From Albugo candida (taxonomy: Eukaryota): a stretch of 64,000 bases of DNA. Where the stretch lies: the NCBI GenBank assembly GCA_040437565.1, contig JBDOQK010000019.1:248001-312000 (forward strand). The letters run 5' to 3'. The notes under the pieces were generated by a model. The model was not told the DNA's origin and made no database searches. It saw only the letters and a program-made list of their open reading frames with translations. Below are positions 45,219 to 57,497 of the stretch, piece by piece; the first letter of the stretch is position 1; the number at the start of each line of letters is the position of its first letter. Both the position numbers and the translations under genes were made by a program.

Positions 45219-48200
45219 ATTAGTGAGGCACAAATCAATGAATTTCTCAAGGACGAGCAATTGCACCGTCCGTCCTTTACATCAGGGTTATTATACAATG
45301 ACGAACTAAGTGTACATGGACAGTAAAATCTATACCAATATAGGCTATCAAGAGATATAAACTAGCTGGAGTCAGGTCCTCAGGGTTCAAGCTGTGGCAT
45401 TACATCAGCCCCAGCATCCTTTATATTCGGTGCACACAAGCAGGCTCGATCATGGAAAAATTGATCAGAATGGTTTGGCTCAAATTTGATGTTAAACGAG
45501 GTTTGCCCTTTGTGTAACTATGTTGGAAAATAATTGACTGCAACCAGTTTGGGGATTTCGAGAAGGATTATATCTCGCAATCAATAGTATGATCTATCTC
45601 ATTCATCAGTTCAAGTCAATAGCTCTGAGGTGATGCATGATGCGAATGTACGTAATCTAACTTTCGTCGCCATCGCGCCCATCTGTCGACTCAAAATTAT
45701 AGCTATGTGACCCACCCATAATAGCGAAATGAAGAGGGTATGCAATCTAGCATCATTTCATACTCAATTATACCCTGTCCAAATCTTTAAGCTGTCTAAA
45801 CGTCTGGAATGAATTCGGTTCAATGACTATACCTATACCTTTAATAGATTTACTTTTACTGTACTGTGAATCTGATCTTCTCCATGTGGCTGAAAAACGT
45901 AATAACGTTATTCTCGGCCTCAATTCTACTTTTAGCATATATGTCAGCCTGTATTGCGTTCTTCATTGAATAGGCCAGGACAGAAGAAGAAGACATGATA
46001 CGCCAGGCTGAGAAAAAAGCACATATGATAGACTGTCGTGTAATCTTCAATGGGGGTGGCGATGAGAACATGAAAACAGTATACTCTTTTACTTTACCTA
46101 CCATTGATATTTTGGCTTGCAACATGCGTGTACTTTGTCTAATATTAAAGTAAAAGCATCGAAGGATTCTTGAGCTGGCGTATGCGCTGTGAATAACGAT
46201 CAATTCTGGTCATCGACTTTACTAGAAGTCACGCTTATCTTGCCATGATTTCTTATACAATCCGCGAACATATCTGTCGCCATATATCGTTCATACCATT
46301 ATCAAGTCTGGAACAGGAAAGAGGTGACTCGTAACTTGGACAAGGCACATCTGCTATTTCAGCACCAATACATTGGATGGCACCTTTCATTGAAAAGTAG
46401 AATTTATGTTACGCACTATTGGACTTACAAAAGACCGGAATCGGGATTGTTTTCGGCCACTCCTGTATGTCTATCAACCATAATGAGATCGTGCGTCAGC
46501 TTAAAGGTTAGTCTACGCTTAAATTCGACTGCAATTCTTCACTCATACTTCGCACTCAAAGTAATTTGTAGCTTAATAGTTTCAAGCCAAAAAATACCCA
46601 TTATATGATATATCTTGACACGGCATGAAGCTTGGTGAGAGCTTGAAGGCGACACAGAGACATATGCAAGCATTTTTTGCGGTTAGTATCGACACAGTTT
46701 CTTCGGCTACTAACGCAATTCAATGATGCTGCTCGTACCGAGCCGAACATCTTGATTCGGAAAGTGTATTGTCAAATGCAATCGAGTCAATTCTTATTAT
46801 TCAATTCTCTGGTAGCATGTACCCTTCATCGGTTTAAAGGGCGGATGACCAATGGATTAGTCAAGGTATTATTTGTGATGACAACAATAATGTCACCTTC
46901 ATAATTATCACGGAATACACATCGGTTTGTTCCCACTTTTTAAGTGTTTTTTATTTGAAATATCTGAGTTGAATTATTTGCACTTGTGGCTTGATATTGT
47001 ACTAACGAGTCTCTTGTAGAATGCCAGTCACACTGGTCGCACTATCAAAAAGGAGAACTATTTTCCGAAAAAATAGAAGGGAACGACACCTCCTTAATCC
47101 AGTAATGCCGCTCATGTAAGTAAGTCATGCTTTTCTGTAAAACTCAACGAGAAGTAAATGCGCATCCGCCTTTGACATCCCACACATTCTCAATAGTCAC
47201 ACCCGTGTACCCCTTGATCTCGTCGAGGAAGCAATGAAGATTTGCTATTTGGAAGCTTGTGGAGCCAAAAGAGTAGAATTCGGAAGAGAGTTCACGAGAA
47301 TAAGAAGTGTTCTTCCTGTCCATATGGTGAAACACGTACCCATAAACGTACACAATATGAGTACGAGCTAAGTAGCTTTCCCCTGATCAAGCATCCTGAT
47401 GCGAAAAGCTGATACTGATCCGAACCTCATTGTCTACAGTGAGGAGTATAATCGCGCTGCCAGCAGCAAAATGGCAGCTTGTGTGTAACCCACGCGCCAA
47501 CAGCATAACGGTGGATAGCGGTGTCAGAGGTGAGGAGAAGCGGGCCAAAACTTATATCATCATAACGTTTCGCAGTGCTCTTGCTGAAACGCGTTAAAAA
47601 AGATGTGTTTATCTCGTATTGAATAGGAACAAAGCTACTTTTTCGTTGCCCTTCGAAATCCCACGCTATTCTGCACAATTTTGGTTCTAGTGATGGTTTA
47701 TTACAGGATTTCATACCCATACCGGACACATTTACTTGCCTTTGCTCCATGGGATAGAAATAACAGCAGCGCATCAATCTTATTCTATAAATGCTTTATG
47801 AAACACGAGTAATTGCATTTTGGCATCGCAGCAGATTGCTCAATGCTTGAAAATAGTTTGTGTGGTCTCATTGTGGCTCCCATTGAACTGTTACGTTCTT
47901 GGCAAAAAAAAATTATCGTAAAAGCCAAGTCTCAAAGTGTACCATGAGACGAGTTTTCTGCAGGCTGGCGTACATTTTTTGCATCACCCGATGCAAGATC
48001 ATATTTTTAATTACGAAAACCAGGAAAGAGAGGCCCATATGGCTCTTGCATATTCCATTATAGCATGGTTGCTTTCTTCAATGAAATGAAGGCTATGGTG
48101 ACTTGGGCGAGAGCTGTAAAGCATTATGATGGATATAATCAAGAGCATCTTGAGTGGAAGGTGGTCATGGGATGATTGAGAATTGATTTGAATCTTTCCT

Positions 48201-51200
48201 CAGACTTACCAAGTGCTTCTTGCTCGGAAGCAGAGGTCCACCAGTCATGAGCCACACATTGCCGGTCTCATCATGCTATTGAATGGGAGACGACTTCATG
48301 TACTGCACCGGTGTGTTGTTTTGCTCTTTTCATCTATCCTCGTGTTTTAGTCACTTACTTTACGCACATAGCTACACAACCAGTTTTTAGCAAGTATACT
48401 CAAAGAATGTTGAGAGCATGAATGTCTGTGCCCCTAGCTTTGCACGCAATTCTGGGCTATCATGCTGTCCCATCATAAGAATATGCGTACTACTTGTGAG
48501 AACGAGTTAGGACCATTTTAGCTCACACTGTTTTCTTCATATGAATCAGAACCGGCCTGCTTTTTGATCGACGTCTGGCAAAATCTTGCATCAGTTACGT
48601 CCAAAATTGAGAGCAACGTACACGATTTACCGCACAATAGCGGTTGCCGCTCGAGCAAAGTATAATGACGACTAAATTTGTTTCGACAATTATTTGCTTG
48701 ATTACCCTCTGTTGACACAATATCGTGGTGGGCTAATCGAAAGTAGTCGACGAATATACAATGGGGCGTAGATGTACTGGATGTCAGGCAAGATGAAATA
48801 GCAAGAGATCATTCCCTAAGCGTCAAAATTTTCTGCAGCTCTGAAGGAAATGGTATAGATTGCGACAGTATTGTTTCGATAGAAGGAAGACAATAAGAGA
48901 AGCATTTGAATTCCACGCAGATCTCTTATACCAAAAGTGAAATGAATAATGGCAACCCTCTCATTTACACATTTATCTGCGCCAATTATATTCAAAGTAG
49001 TACTACCTTATGCTTATACAGTATTGACATCAACGTAGAACGGGAAAATAGCTATTTTATTGTGACAGACCAATTAGCGCATGTACATTAGTAGTATATA
49101 TTTTACTAACCTCTTTGAATGCCAAGACAATCTGGACTAATAATTATGCTTATAAGATTCAGAGAAAAAGGCATGACAGCTGATAATGGCTTGCTGTAGC
49201 CGAGCCTCTATTGAGCTTATTTGCACCGCCTCAACACGAGATGGTACACAACTTGTCACCGCCGAGACAACCGATGCGTCAACATCGGATGACTACCCAT
49301 TGTTTCAGAAATATTTAAATTTTTGTGAGAAATGCGATTCCGCAATAGCTGGGAAATCTCCACTAAAAATTTAATTCTGTGGACATAAACTATCGTTGCG
49401 AAGGGACCTGTCCAACTATGTGACGTTTCCATCGATTCGAATGTGTCCTGCGAGTGTATCGAAATGGACATTAGTGTAAATGTTATTCTCTCAAAAAAAA
49501 TATGGCCCATTACGACTCAATTCCGAGGATTTGTCATAGGTCTCAGTATAATCAGCGCTTCTTTCTCTAACATTAATTTAAAAGCACCTTGTCTCGATCA
49601 CAATTTGGACCTTAGATTTACTCAAATCTGGCGATCAATGCAACATGAAATAAGGCAACTGAGCAACTGTGGGGCAATTGCAAACTGAAGACTCAGCTGG
49701 GTCAATTATGTAGATATCGTGCACTTGGCGTGCAACTATGTCCTTTGCGGTGAAAGCGCATCGACAATTGGAGCTGCAGCTACTTACCTCTCCATCTACT
49801 CGCTTTGAATCCCGGATTGCAGCAGAAGATTGGCTCTCCTCTCGCACCCAACTCAACCTGACTGAAAGCCCTGCGCTAATGCCCCTGCCGCCATCCGTGT
49901 TGCAGGTAGCTGGGGTACTCTAGCACCTAATTTATCGATGTATCGATGCAACATAGTTCGTTCATATCGACACAAGCGAAAAGATACGATCGTCGCGGTA
50001 TGTTACGGCATGATAGCCACACTTTGAAAAAACATAAAATTAACGATTATATGGCACATTGGTTAAAAGTAAATAAGGATGGCGTCTTCTTGCTTATATT
50101 GAATATGACATCATCTTTATGCATTGAGAAATAGTGACAGAACTTGCAAGTTGGATGGAAGATGGTTCTGCATGAATCAAACGTGCTTTCTACCAGCACA
50201 TGTATCGTCCTTTAACCAGCGCGCCCCATCCTCATTTACGATTTGATTCAACGAAGCGACTTGCGCAGTCTTATAGGCTTCGAGCAAGATTGTGACTTAA
50301 CGTGTTCACGCGCCGTACAACCTTCTACTCTTGTCAGTGGAATGCGGGAAATCTAGCAATCCGTCGATCACTCGTCGGTATGCATCTATCGAGCTTATCG
50401 ATCCAACAGCTTTGTATTGGCGTTTTAGAAGTGCCTACTTAGAATTTGCGACGATCAGTAGTATTTGCTAAGTTTGTCGCTTATTTATCTCTTAATTTAT
50501 GGCGGACTTGCTGGCTGACGGTGCCAAATGTGTATGCTTCTGCCCAGCTAAGTCAAGCCAGTTTGTATCGGTTTGCACCTGGCGGGATCTCAATCGAGAA
50601 CATGATGCGTGTGATGATTGCCACCTCGAAAACGTTACTCTTTATCAGCTATTTGTACGGCTTCAAAGCATGCCTCGAGATACACTTTCGGGTGAACATG
50701 ACATAGTATCAAGCCAGATTTTCCCACGAGATTCAGGGCCTAAGAGCGATGTTCTTGCTATTCTCATTGACGAGGATGCAATCGCCACATTCGTTTACCT
50801 CATCCAAAGCAATTAGGAAGGAGAAGGAAATGTGTCAAGAAAGTTTTTGTTCAAACGTCGAGTGAGTGTTGAATGCCTAGAAAAATGGCTCACTGCTGAG
50901 AGAGCCCGTTTTGTAGATGTTGCGTCGTGCTATTTGGTATCAAGTCGATAGAGGATGGAGGGCCACACATTGTCAGCAGAAACTAATTTTGTGTGCGGAG
51001 CAGTTTGTCGCAGAAACGATCTGATTTAGACTGCTCAAAGTCGTGTAATGGAGCTGCTTCGATATGATCTCAGTCTGATATTCTCATGCATTCCACTTTT
51101 CTCGCCAGTGTTTTTGGTCCAATGCACACATCCTCAGCATTCATCAACCGCAGTTGTAACAACGTCGAGGATTACCAAATCTGCATGATAAGGAAATGAA

Positions 51201-51469
51201 CAGATCGACTGATCTAGTTTTCACCTGAACGGAAAAAGTATACGTGTGTATCAAATGATAATAAGCATTAGTGTTATCACCCGTACCATCCAAATCATTT
51301 ATCTCCAGAACGAGCATGTGCTCGCCCATTCAAGCCTGGACACGATACCATCATCGTTATAGCATATGTGCACAAAATGACGATCAGGAATTGCTTGCTG
51401 CTACCATATGACTTCCATTTGCCATTATTTATCCATGCAAGGGTCACATCTTGATAATTTGTTCAAATT

Positions 51470-52426
51470 CTATCTAAAAAGATCGACCGAAATTGACCTT
51501 GACCTCGAAAGTTTCCAAATCTCGATATCGTCTGCGCAACAATGAGGGTGATATTCGTCTGGACGAAGCTGGCGAAGATGAAAACCGCGAGACCGCATCA
51601 GTGACCAGAAATGTTCTTTCAAATCTAATTTCTCGTTATATCGGTGCTCATAAGATATCAGGACCAAGGTGTAAGGCCCACTCAAGTCGTCTAATACATC
51701 TAAAAGTGGTTCGATGGGATAAAGACGCGGTATAATGCAGTCGGAAACCAGGATGATATCTGGGAAACATTCTCTTCCTTCGCGATCCGATAATAGAATA
51801 TCGCTGGAGGACTTTCCCCAATCATAGGTTTGCACCTCAGCACTAAGGTTGGGGTGCATGGCTTTGCAGAGAGCCACATTATCAACAATGAAAGGCTTGA
51901 CGATTGCCATGTCGGATAATACCACATGACCAGCGCCGAGCAATGCTGCTGTTAAACCAACTGCTCCTGTGCCGCTTCCCAATTCCAGCACATATTTAGA
52001 CTTTAGCTCGCAATTGCTTTCTGTTCTACCGTATCGATGCTCCAAATATTTCAAAAGTACACAGGCTGCAGGCCACACCTATCATTTTAGTGAAGAAACC
52101 GCATGAGACACTTTTTATGCTGTGCAACATACCGTCAACCCCGTGCCAAATCCATTCAGCTCACCTTGTTGCACTTGTTTTAATCTTAATATCTTGTTCG
52201 CAACATTTTGCTCAAAGATCGGCGATGCCGAGTATGCGTCACGCCAAGTAAGAGTTCGCCATGCAGACGAAGAATAGTTTTCCTTTGTGTTTATCGCTAA
52301 TGCGCTTGTTGAGTGTCCGCTATCACTGTGTGAATAAGGTGAGGAGTTCTCGAGCTTCTGCTGGATGCCTTGTCGCAATAACTTCAAAAACTGAGTCTTT
52401 CCAGCGCTGACTTCATCGGACTTCAT
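51470..52426 (-). CDS. METTL21/EEF1AKMT-like protein-lysine methyltransferase (Methyltransf_16), 2 exons
   Basis: GFGTGLT|VWPAACVL, VLELGSGTGAVGL (SAM-binding motif I), YDWG and DIILVSDCI. GT-AG intron at ~52079-52132. Confidence 0.9.
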
Positions 52427-52730
52427 CCCTAACAAATACCGCTACACCGGTATTGGCATTTTTTTACGGGCGAATCGAGGCAAATTTGTCGTGCGCCATA
52501 ACAGAGCGATGACACCCACTAGCAATATTCACGAAATCACGATGACAGAACCTCCGTCGAAGATACTCAGCCAATCCGATTCATGGTAGAAAATTTTTCG
52601 GGCAATTTATGCAAAGAGTCGCATCGGATTTCCAGAAGCTCCCATTCATGAATAAATTACAAACGCACCGATATTTTCATTTTTTGGGAAGCTTTTTTTA
52701 GGCTGTAAATTGTAATCATTTGCTAAGATA

Positions 52731-53459
52731 ATGATTTTACAACAAAGTCGTCAAATGATCACGCCACGGTGGCTCTCCAGTGAGCAAAAGATACAATGGA
52801 CTTCGTTCATGACACCGCGATTTTCTTGCAAATCACCTCAATCTGAAGACTTAGATACGCCTCATCCATATGGAGCCACTTTACCGTACTCTTTATCGAC
52901 CTATATCATGCATCCTTCTCGGGATACACAGTCGATCGACACAATTTTCCAGATATCCATTCGATTAGACGGCATTGCCTACAGAGAAAATCATTGCCAC
53001 TTTTTGATAGGCGTCGAAACCACGCGGTGCAACTATATGCTATACAAAAGGTACACCCATTTCCGAACTTTAAGGCTTGAGCTCGAGCAAATTATGCGGA
53101 AATTGAGACATTGCCGAAAAGGGCCCTGTCGCCAAATTTGCCAGTGGTTGGACCAGCTCAATATCCCACGGAGGTCATTTCCAAGGATACTGAGCAAGGC
53201 GGGTCGAGAAAGTAGAGCTATTCGAGTCGCCCAGTCTCGAGCCGCACATCTGGAAAGCTTCATGCAGCTATTGCTATCAATCTACCAGAAAGCACCTAAA
53301 CGTCAACAGCGGTGCTGCGTCCGTGATAATTGCCCCGTGCTGTTTGCTATTCATTCATTTTTCAATCAGTATGAAGAAGTCTCCAAAGAAAAGCTTGTCA
53401 GTGAAGATTGTCGAAGACGGACGATGACGGGTGGACATGTCACACGACTCACGGTGTAG
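52731..53459 (+). CDS. PX-domain-like protein
   Basis: HFLIGVETTRCNYMLYKRYTHFRTLRLEL (RY..F..L), IPRRSFP and RAAHLESFMQLLL follow the PX layout. Confidence 0.7.
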   Translation: MILQQSRQMITPRWLSSEQKIQWTSFMTPRFSCKSPQSEDLDTPHPYGATLPYSLSTYIMHPSRDTQSIDTIFQISIRLDGIAYRENHCHFLIGVETTRCNYMLYKRYTHFRTLRLELEQIMRKLRHCRKGPCRQICQWLDQLNIPRRSFPRILSKAGRESRAIRVAQSRAAHLESFMQLLLSIYQKAPKRQQRCCVRDNCPVLFAIHSFFNQYEEVSKEKLVSEDCRRRTMTGGHVTRLTV

Positions 53460-54002
53460 AATAGATTATACACTCAGTCTGAATGTATTCTTTTGACCAT
53501 GTTTGACTAAATGTGTACAGATATTGCAACGGTCCTTCGTTTGGCACTATGCCAATTTTCATCGAAACGATCTGCTTCGATAAGGATCGAAGCGTAAGTG
53601 TTCGTCAGTGCTTCCGCCGCCAACTTGTTTTGGGCAATAACACAAGACGGAAAGTGCAGAGTCAAAAAGACGTGTAGCAACTATCAAGGAGGCTGGTCAT
53701 TTTGTGAAATTCTGAAATCCATTGTAAACATTACAGCATTCATGTGATCATATTTTATTTCCAAGTACAAAAGTTGGTAAGCATTGATTACAATCTTGAA
53801 TATATTCTTTGGGATTAACGATTACGGTATCGCGGGAATCGAGTCATACCATGCTTTAGATTTTTTACATTCGTGAAAGATGGTTTGAGACATTGATAGA
53901 CATAACTGGGTGTGAGTCTAGGCATTACTGAAGAGTTCTGTTGAGTGAAGGGGGTATCTTGACACGATCAAGATACACAGCGCGGATTCGCCCGAAAGAA
54001 GC

Positions 54003-54488
54003 TTGTTACTATTATGCTTTGCAATAAATTCCCAACACCTGAGTATCTCACCTTGCTTTAAGGAAAGTTTGGCTGAGAAAATGCATCCGACACGCAGGCA
54101 CCCCGCGCTCATAGTTTATTGTCTTGACGTTTACTTTGGCATGATACAGGAAAATGGCAACCTTGTACCCAAACCAAATTATTTCAAGTTTGGTAATATG
54201 AACAAAATCTGTGCAACTTCAACTCAGTCAGAATGGAAACGAGGCCAGTTCGTAAGGTATCTTGTTGAACCTTATACTTCAAACTTGTACTTCGTGCAAA
54301 GTCAAACGGGTATATGGAGATCTGTAACAGAAATGAACTTTCCTCTTCAAACTCTGGAGCAGGAAGAACTAAAGTGGTATAATCAGAAGACTCCAACCTT
54401 CGGTCTAATAGCTCCAGGATATTTCATCTCATGCAATCGAGGTCGTCGGCTACTTGACATAGCACTGTGTGCTCGAATCCTGGTGTAG
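54003..54488 (+). CDS. Orphan ORF / possible gene remnant
   Basis: 161-codon ORF with a non-ATG start and no recognisable domain. Confidence 0.25.
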   Translation: MLLLCFAINSQHLSISPCFKESLAEKMHPTRRHPALIVYCLDVYFGMIQENGNLVPKPNYFKFGNMNKICATSTQSEWKRGQFVRYLVEPYTSNLYFVQSQTGIWRSVTEMNFPLQTLEQEELKWYNQKTPTFGLIAPGYFISCNRGRRLLDIALCARILV

Positions 54489-54797
54489 ACCACATTTGAT
54501 GCCTAGTACACTTTACTATTCTGCTAGTACGAAGACCCGCGTCGATATTGTCTCTTCTCGACGACCAATCCTCGCTTGATGCCTTTCTTTAGTGCTACTA
54601 TCCTTTCACTAGAAGACTCCGTTCATGGATTCGATAAGGATTCAATATAACTTGCTTCGCATCTATACCGCTTTTCAGCAACATTGGCAACCTGAGCAGC
54701 GCACCTTTCGTGGCTGCTGGGCACTTTTAGGACAAAGCCCTAAATGAGGTGTCATAGCACACTAGTCAGTGTACATGCTAAATGCAAGAGAATTCAG

Positions 54798-57305
54798 ATG
54801 ACTGGATCACCAGTGCAATGTCACACCGAAGGCGCTAAAAGCTCGATACTCACACCACAGGTTAGGCTCTACATAGGAGGATTATCAAACGGTGAAAACA
54901 TATTAGATCTACAGACGCGTATACAGTCATTCGTGGAGCAACAACGAACAAGTATGCACAGAAACTGTGCATTGATACTACCGATACAAGTCATGAAGGA
55001 AAAAGTTATATCAAAAGATGAATCGACCGTNNNNNNNNNNNNNNNNNNNNNNNNNNNNNNNNNNNNNNNNNNNNNNNNNNNNNNNNNNNNNNNNNNNNNN
55101 NNNNNNNNNNNNNNNNNNNNNNNNNNNNNNCCAGTGCAATGTCACACCGAAGGCGCTAAAAGCTCGATACTCACACCACAGGTTAGGCTCTACATAGGAG
55201 GATTATCAAACGGTGAAAACATATTAGATCTACAGACGCGTATACAGTCATTCGTGGAGCAACAACGAACAAGTATGCACAGAAACTGTGCATTGATACT
55301 ACCGATACAAGTCATGAAGGAAAAAGTTATATCAAAAGATGAATCGACCGTGCAGTTACGTGGATTCGGATATGCAGATTTCACAGGTGAAGATGTTTCG
55401 TCTGTTGTCATAGATATAATAAAGGTATTCAACAAAACGAAATGGCGAGGATCCGTTCTAAAAGTAGAGACTGCAAATCCTCATTACATTGAAAAGCTAC
55501 GTAAAGAATGGATAGATGAGGAGAAACTTCAAAACATGAGGAGGGAACAGGCACAAGCAGAGAGACAACGGTATCTGACAAAGTGCCTCAATAAATCAAC
55601 TAAGAGTGAAGCGCTTAATATGGCGATCAAATTTTCAGGAACCAGGCATAAGTTCAATGACGATAAGAATGAACAAGGAGGAGAGAAAGCTGGAAATGGG
55701 AACGAATCGAGTATGGGCTCAGGCGATAGTTTTTTCAAATCTTTGAGCGTTGGTGAGGCAGTAGCTACAAAAAAGGATCCAAACAAACAACTTGGTGATG
55801 CATCGCCAGAAAAGAAAAGTGCGAACACGAAACGTCTCGAAGCTCTGAATCGGAAGTCAAAAACCAAAGAATCGCTCTCAATGAAGGAAAAGGGTATTGG
55901 AATTTCAGCTGTAGCCGGCATCTGTAATAAGAAAGTTATATTTGATGATGACGCACAGCCGATCCTTTCATCCAAAACGGAAGAGGACGTCTATTCGGAT
56001 GACACTGAAGCTCAAGATTGGATGATAACGGCAGATGCTGGGACTGAAATGAAATCTTTAAAGATACTCGAGTTTGGATCAGATTCCGGCGACGATGTCG
56101 CTGAACATGAAAGTAGTGTTTTCGCTGTTCGCCCTGAGTTCACGGGAGTAAAAGGAAAAGAGCTGTTCGAACTTCAAAAATCTTACAAGGGTGACTCACG
56201 ATTTCGTCTGGATACGCGATTCATGGAGGAGTTTTTGGATCCTTTTGATGATACGGATATGAAGAAGACTCAAGGCGATTATAGCAATATGGAATCATAT
56301 ATCCAGTCCTTTCGCCAAGATGATAGTGCACATGAGAAGACGGGTGAACCAAGCGACCTACAAGAAGAGATAGATCGTGCACTTGTCGTAGTGAATGAGC
56401 TTTTTCCTGAAATCAATGTCGACAGGTTGAAGACAACTTATAAAGCTCGTGTGCATCTAAGAGAAAAGCTAGCTCGGAATGAATTCACGAAGTCTGTAGT
56501 GCGTGATGCTTCTTGGATGGGAGTGTCGTTGCGTTACAATCCGACAATACCATCTCACAATGATAAATTTGAAGTCAAGGAGACTCAGCGTGATGCTAAC
56601 AGCGAAAATTTCGGTGAGGCAAGGACGGATCATGGAGGTAAATCGGTAAATCCGATAGAAGCCAAACTGGGTGGTCCTCGCTACTTTACAGCATCTGAGG
56701 GTCTCAATTCCATGTTTTCACGTGTACGTAAAAACTCAGAGGATGGAATTGTTGGAGAAGCTGCGCTGGATGGAGTATTTAATAAGAAGCCGGCAACATC
56801 CGCCTTGATGGAGAATGAAGTAGAATTTGCACAGCCTGAAAGCAATGGAGCGTTTAAATTGAGCTCACTTTTCGATTTTGCTCCTAAGCATGATGTCAGC
56901 AAAGAGGCAAGTACAAAGACTCGTGAATATTTGTCCAACGAGGACATAAATGGGAAGAAAAATGAAGATGTCGCGATGTGGGATGATACAAATGTGCTCA
57001 ATTCGGAGCTCATAAGCGGTAGTGAGGTTGAAACAGATGAAGACTTATCTGGTGACGATGACTATGCGACTGAATGTGAGGAAATCGAGAAGGAGACGTT
57101 GCCTAAAGGCCCCGACACAGTCACAAACGCATCCGTCAGGTGCATCGATGATCTGTTGATGCTTGGTACTTCCTTTGCAAATGGACATAGTACTCACAAA
57201 CTTGATTGGCAAACCTTTCGAGCGAAGTTGGCGACCGATTTTAAGCGCAAGCGAAAAGAAGCTTTGAAAAATCGCAAGAAAAAGCAAAAATCACATGACA
57301 AGTAG
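54798..57305 (+). CDS. NOL8: Nucleolar protein 8-like (N-terminal RRM, acidic/basic low-complexity)
   Basis: RLYIGGL...RGFGYADF...FNKTKWRGSVLKVETANPHYIEKL, RPEFTGVKGKELFELQKSYKGDSRFRLDTRF and a C-terminal DFKRKRKEALK. The 5' part is duplicated across a gap. Confidence 0.85.
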   Translation: MTGSPVQCHTEGAKSSILTPQVRLYIGGLSNGENILDLQTRIQSFVEQQRTSMHRNCALILPIQVMKEKVISKDESTXXXXXXXXXXXXXXXXXXXXXXXXXXXXXXXXXXPVQCHTEGAKSSILTPQVRLYIGGLSNGENILDLQTRIQSFVEQQRTSMHRNCALILPIQVMKEKVISKDESTVQLRGFGYADFTGEDVSSVVIDIIKVFNKTKWRGSVLKVETANPHYIEKLRKEWIDEEKLQNMRREQAQAERQRYLTKCLNKSTKSEALNMAIKFSGTRHKFNDDKNEQGGEKAGNGNESSMGSGDSFFKSLSVGEAVATKKDPNKQLGDASPEKKSANTKRLEALNRKSKTKESLSMKEKGIGISAVAGICNKKVIFDDDAQPILSSKTEEDVYSDDTEAQDWMITADAGTEMKSLKILEFGSDSGDDVAEHESSVFAVRPEFTGVKGKELFELQKSYKGDSRFRLDTRFMEEFLDPFDDTDMKKTQGDYSNMESYIQSFRQDDSAHEKTGEPSDLQEEIDRALVVVNELFPEINVDRLKTTYKARVHLREKLARNEFTKSVVRDASWMGVSLRYNPTIPSHNDKFEVKETQRDANSENFGEARTDHGGKSVNPIEAKLGGPRYFTASEGLNSMFSRVRKNSEDGIVGEAALDGVFNKKPATSALMENEVEFAQPESNGAFKLSSLFDFAPKHDVSKEASTKTREYLSNEDINGKKNEDVAMWDDTNVLNSELISGSEVETDEDLSGDDDYATECEEIEKETLPKGPDTVTNASVRCIDDLLMLGTSFANGHSTHKLDWQTFRAKLATDFKRKRKEALKNRKKKQKSHDK
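54810..55351. repeat. 221-bp direct duplication flanking 100-N gap (55031-55130) inside NOL8
   Basis: 54810-55030 is repeated from 55131; the peptide PVQCHTEG...KDEST appears twice. Confidence 0.92.
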
Positions 57306-57497
57306 AATAACAATAACTTTTGAAGTGCTCTTGTGGCTCCATTGTACTCGCAAGAATATTCTCAACTTCTCACACAGGCGTGTTATTTCAGTATTAAATG
57401 CGCAAGCATGCGCATTCGACTCATAGCGTCTTTCTATATATCTACTATACAAGCTTCATTTGATCAAATGATCAATTTTGGCACATGAATGCAGTAT

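Noticed and set aside
48060-48300. Fragment vaguely like the region preceding a Copia reverse transcriptase (…EHLEWKVVMG)
   Set aside because: No RT, integrase or RNase H motif and no LTRs are recognisable. Too weak to call a mobile element.
54744-55351. Internal repeat or double RRM start in NOL8
   Set aside because: An exact 221-bp duplication across a gap; assembly artefact.
57397-57416. Hairpin AATGCGCA-AGCA-TGCGCATT between convergent genes
   Set aside because: Short stem within chance expectation. Intrinsic terminators are not relevant to eukaryotic Pol II genes.
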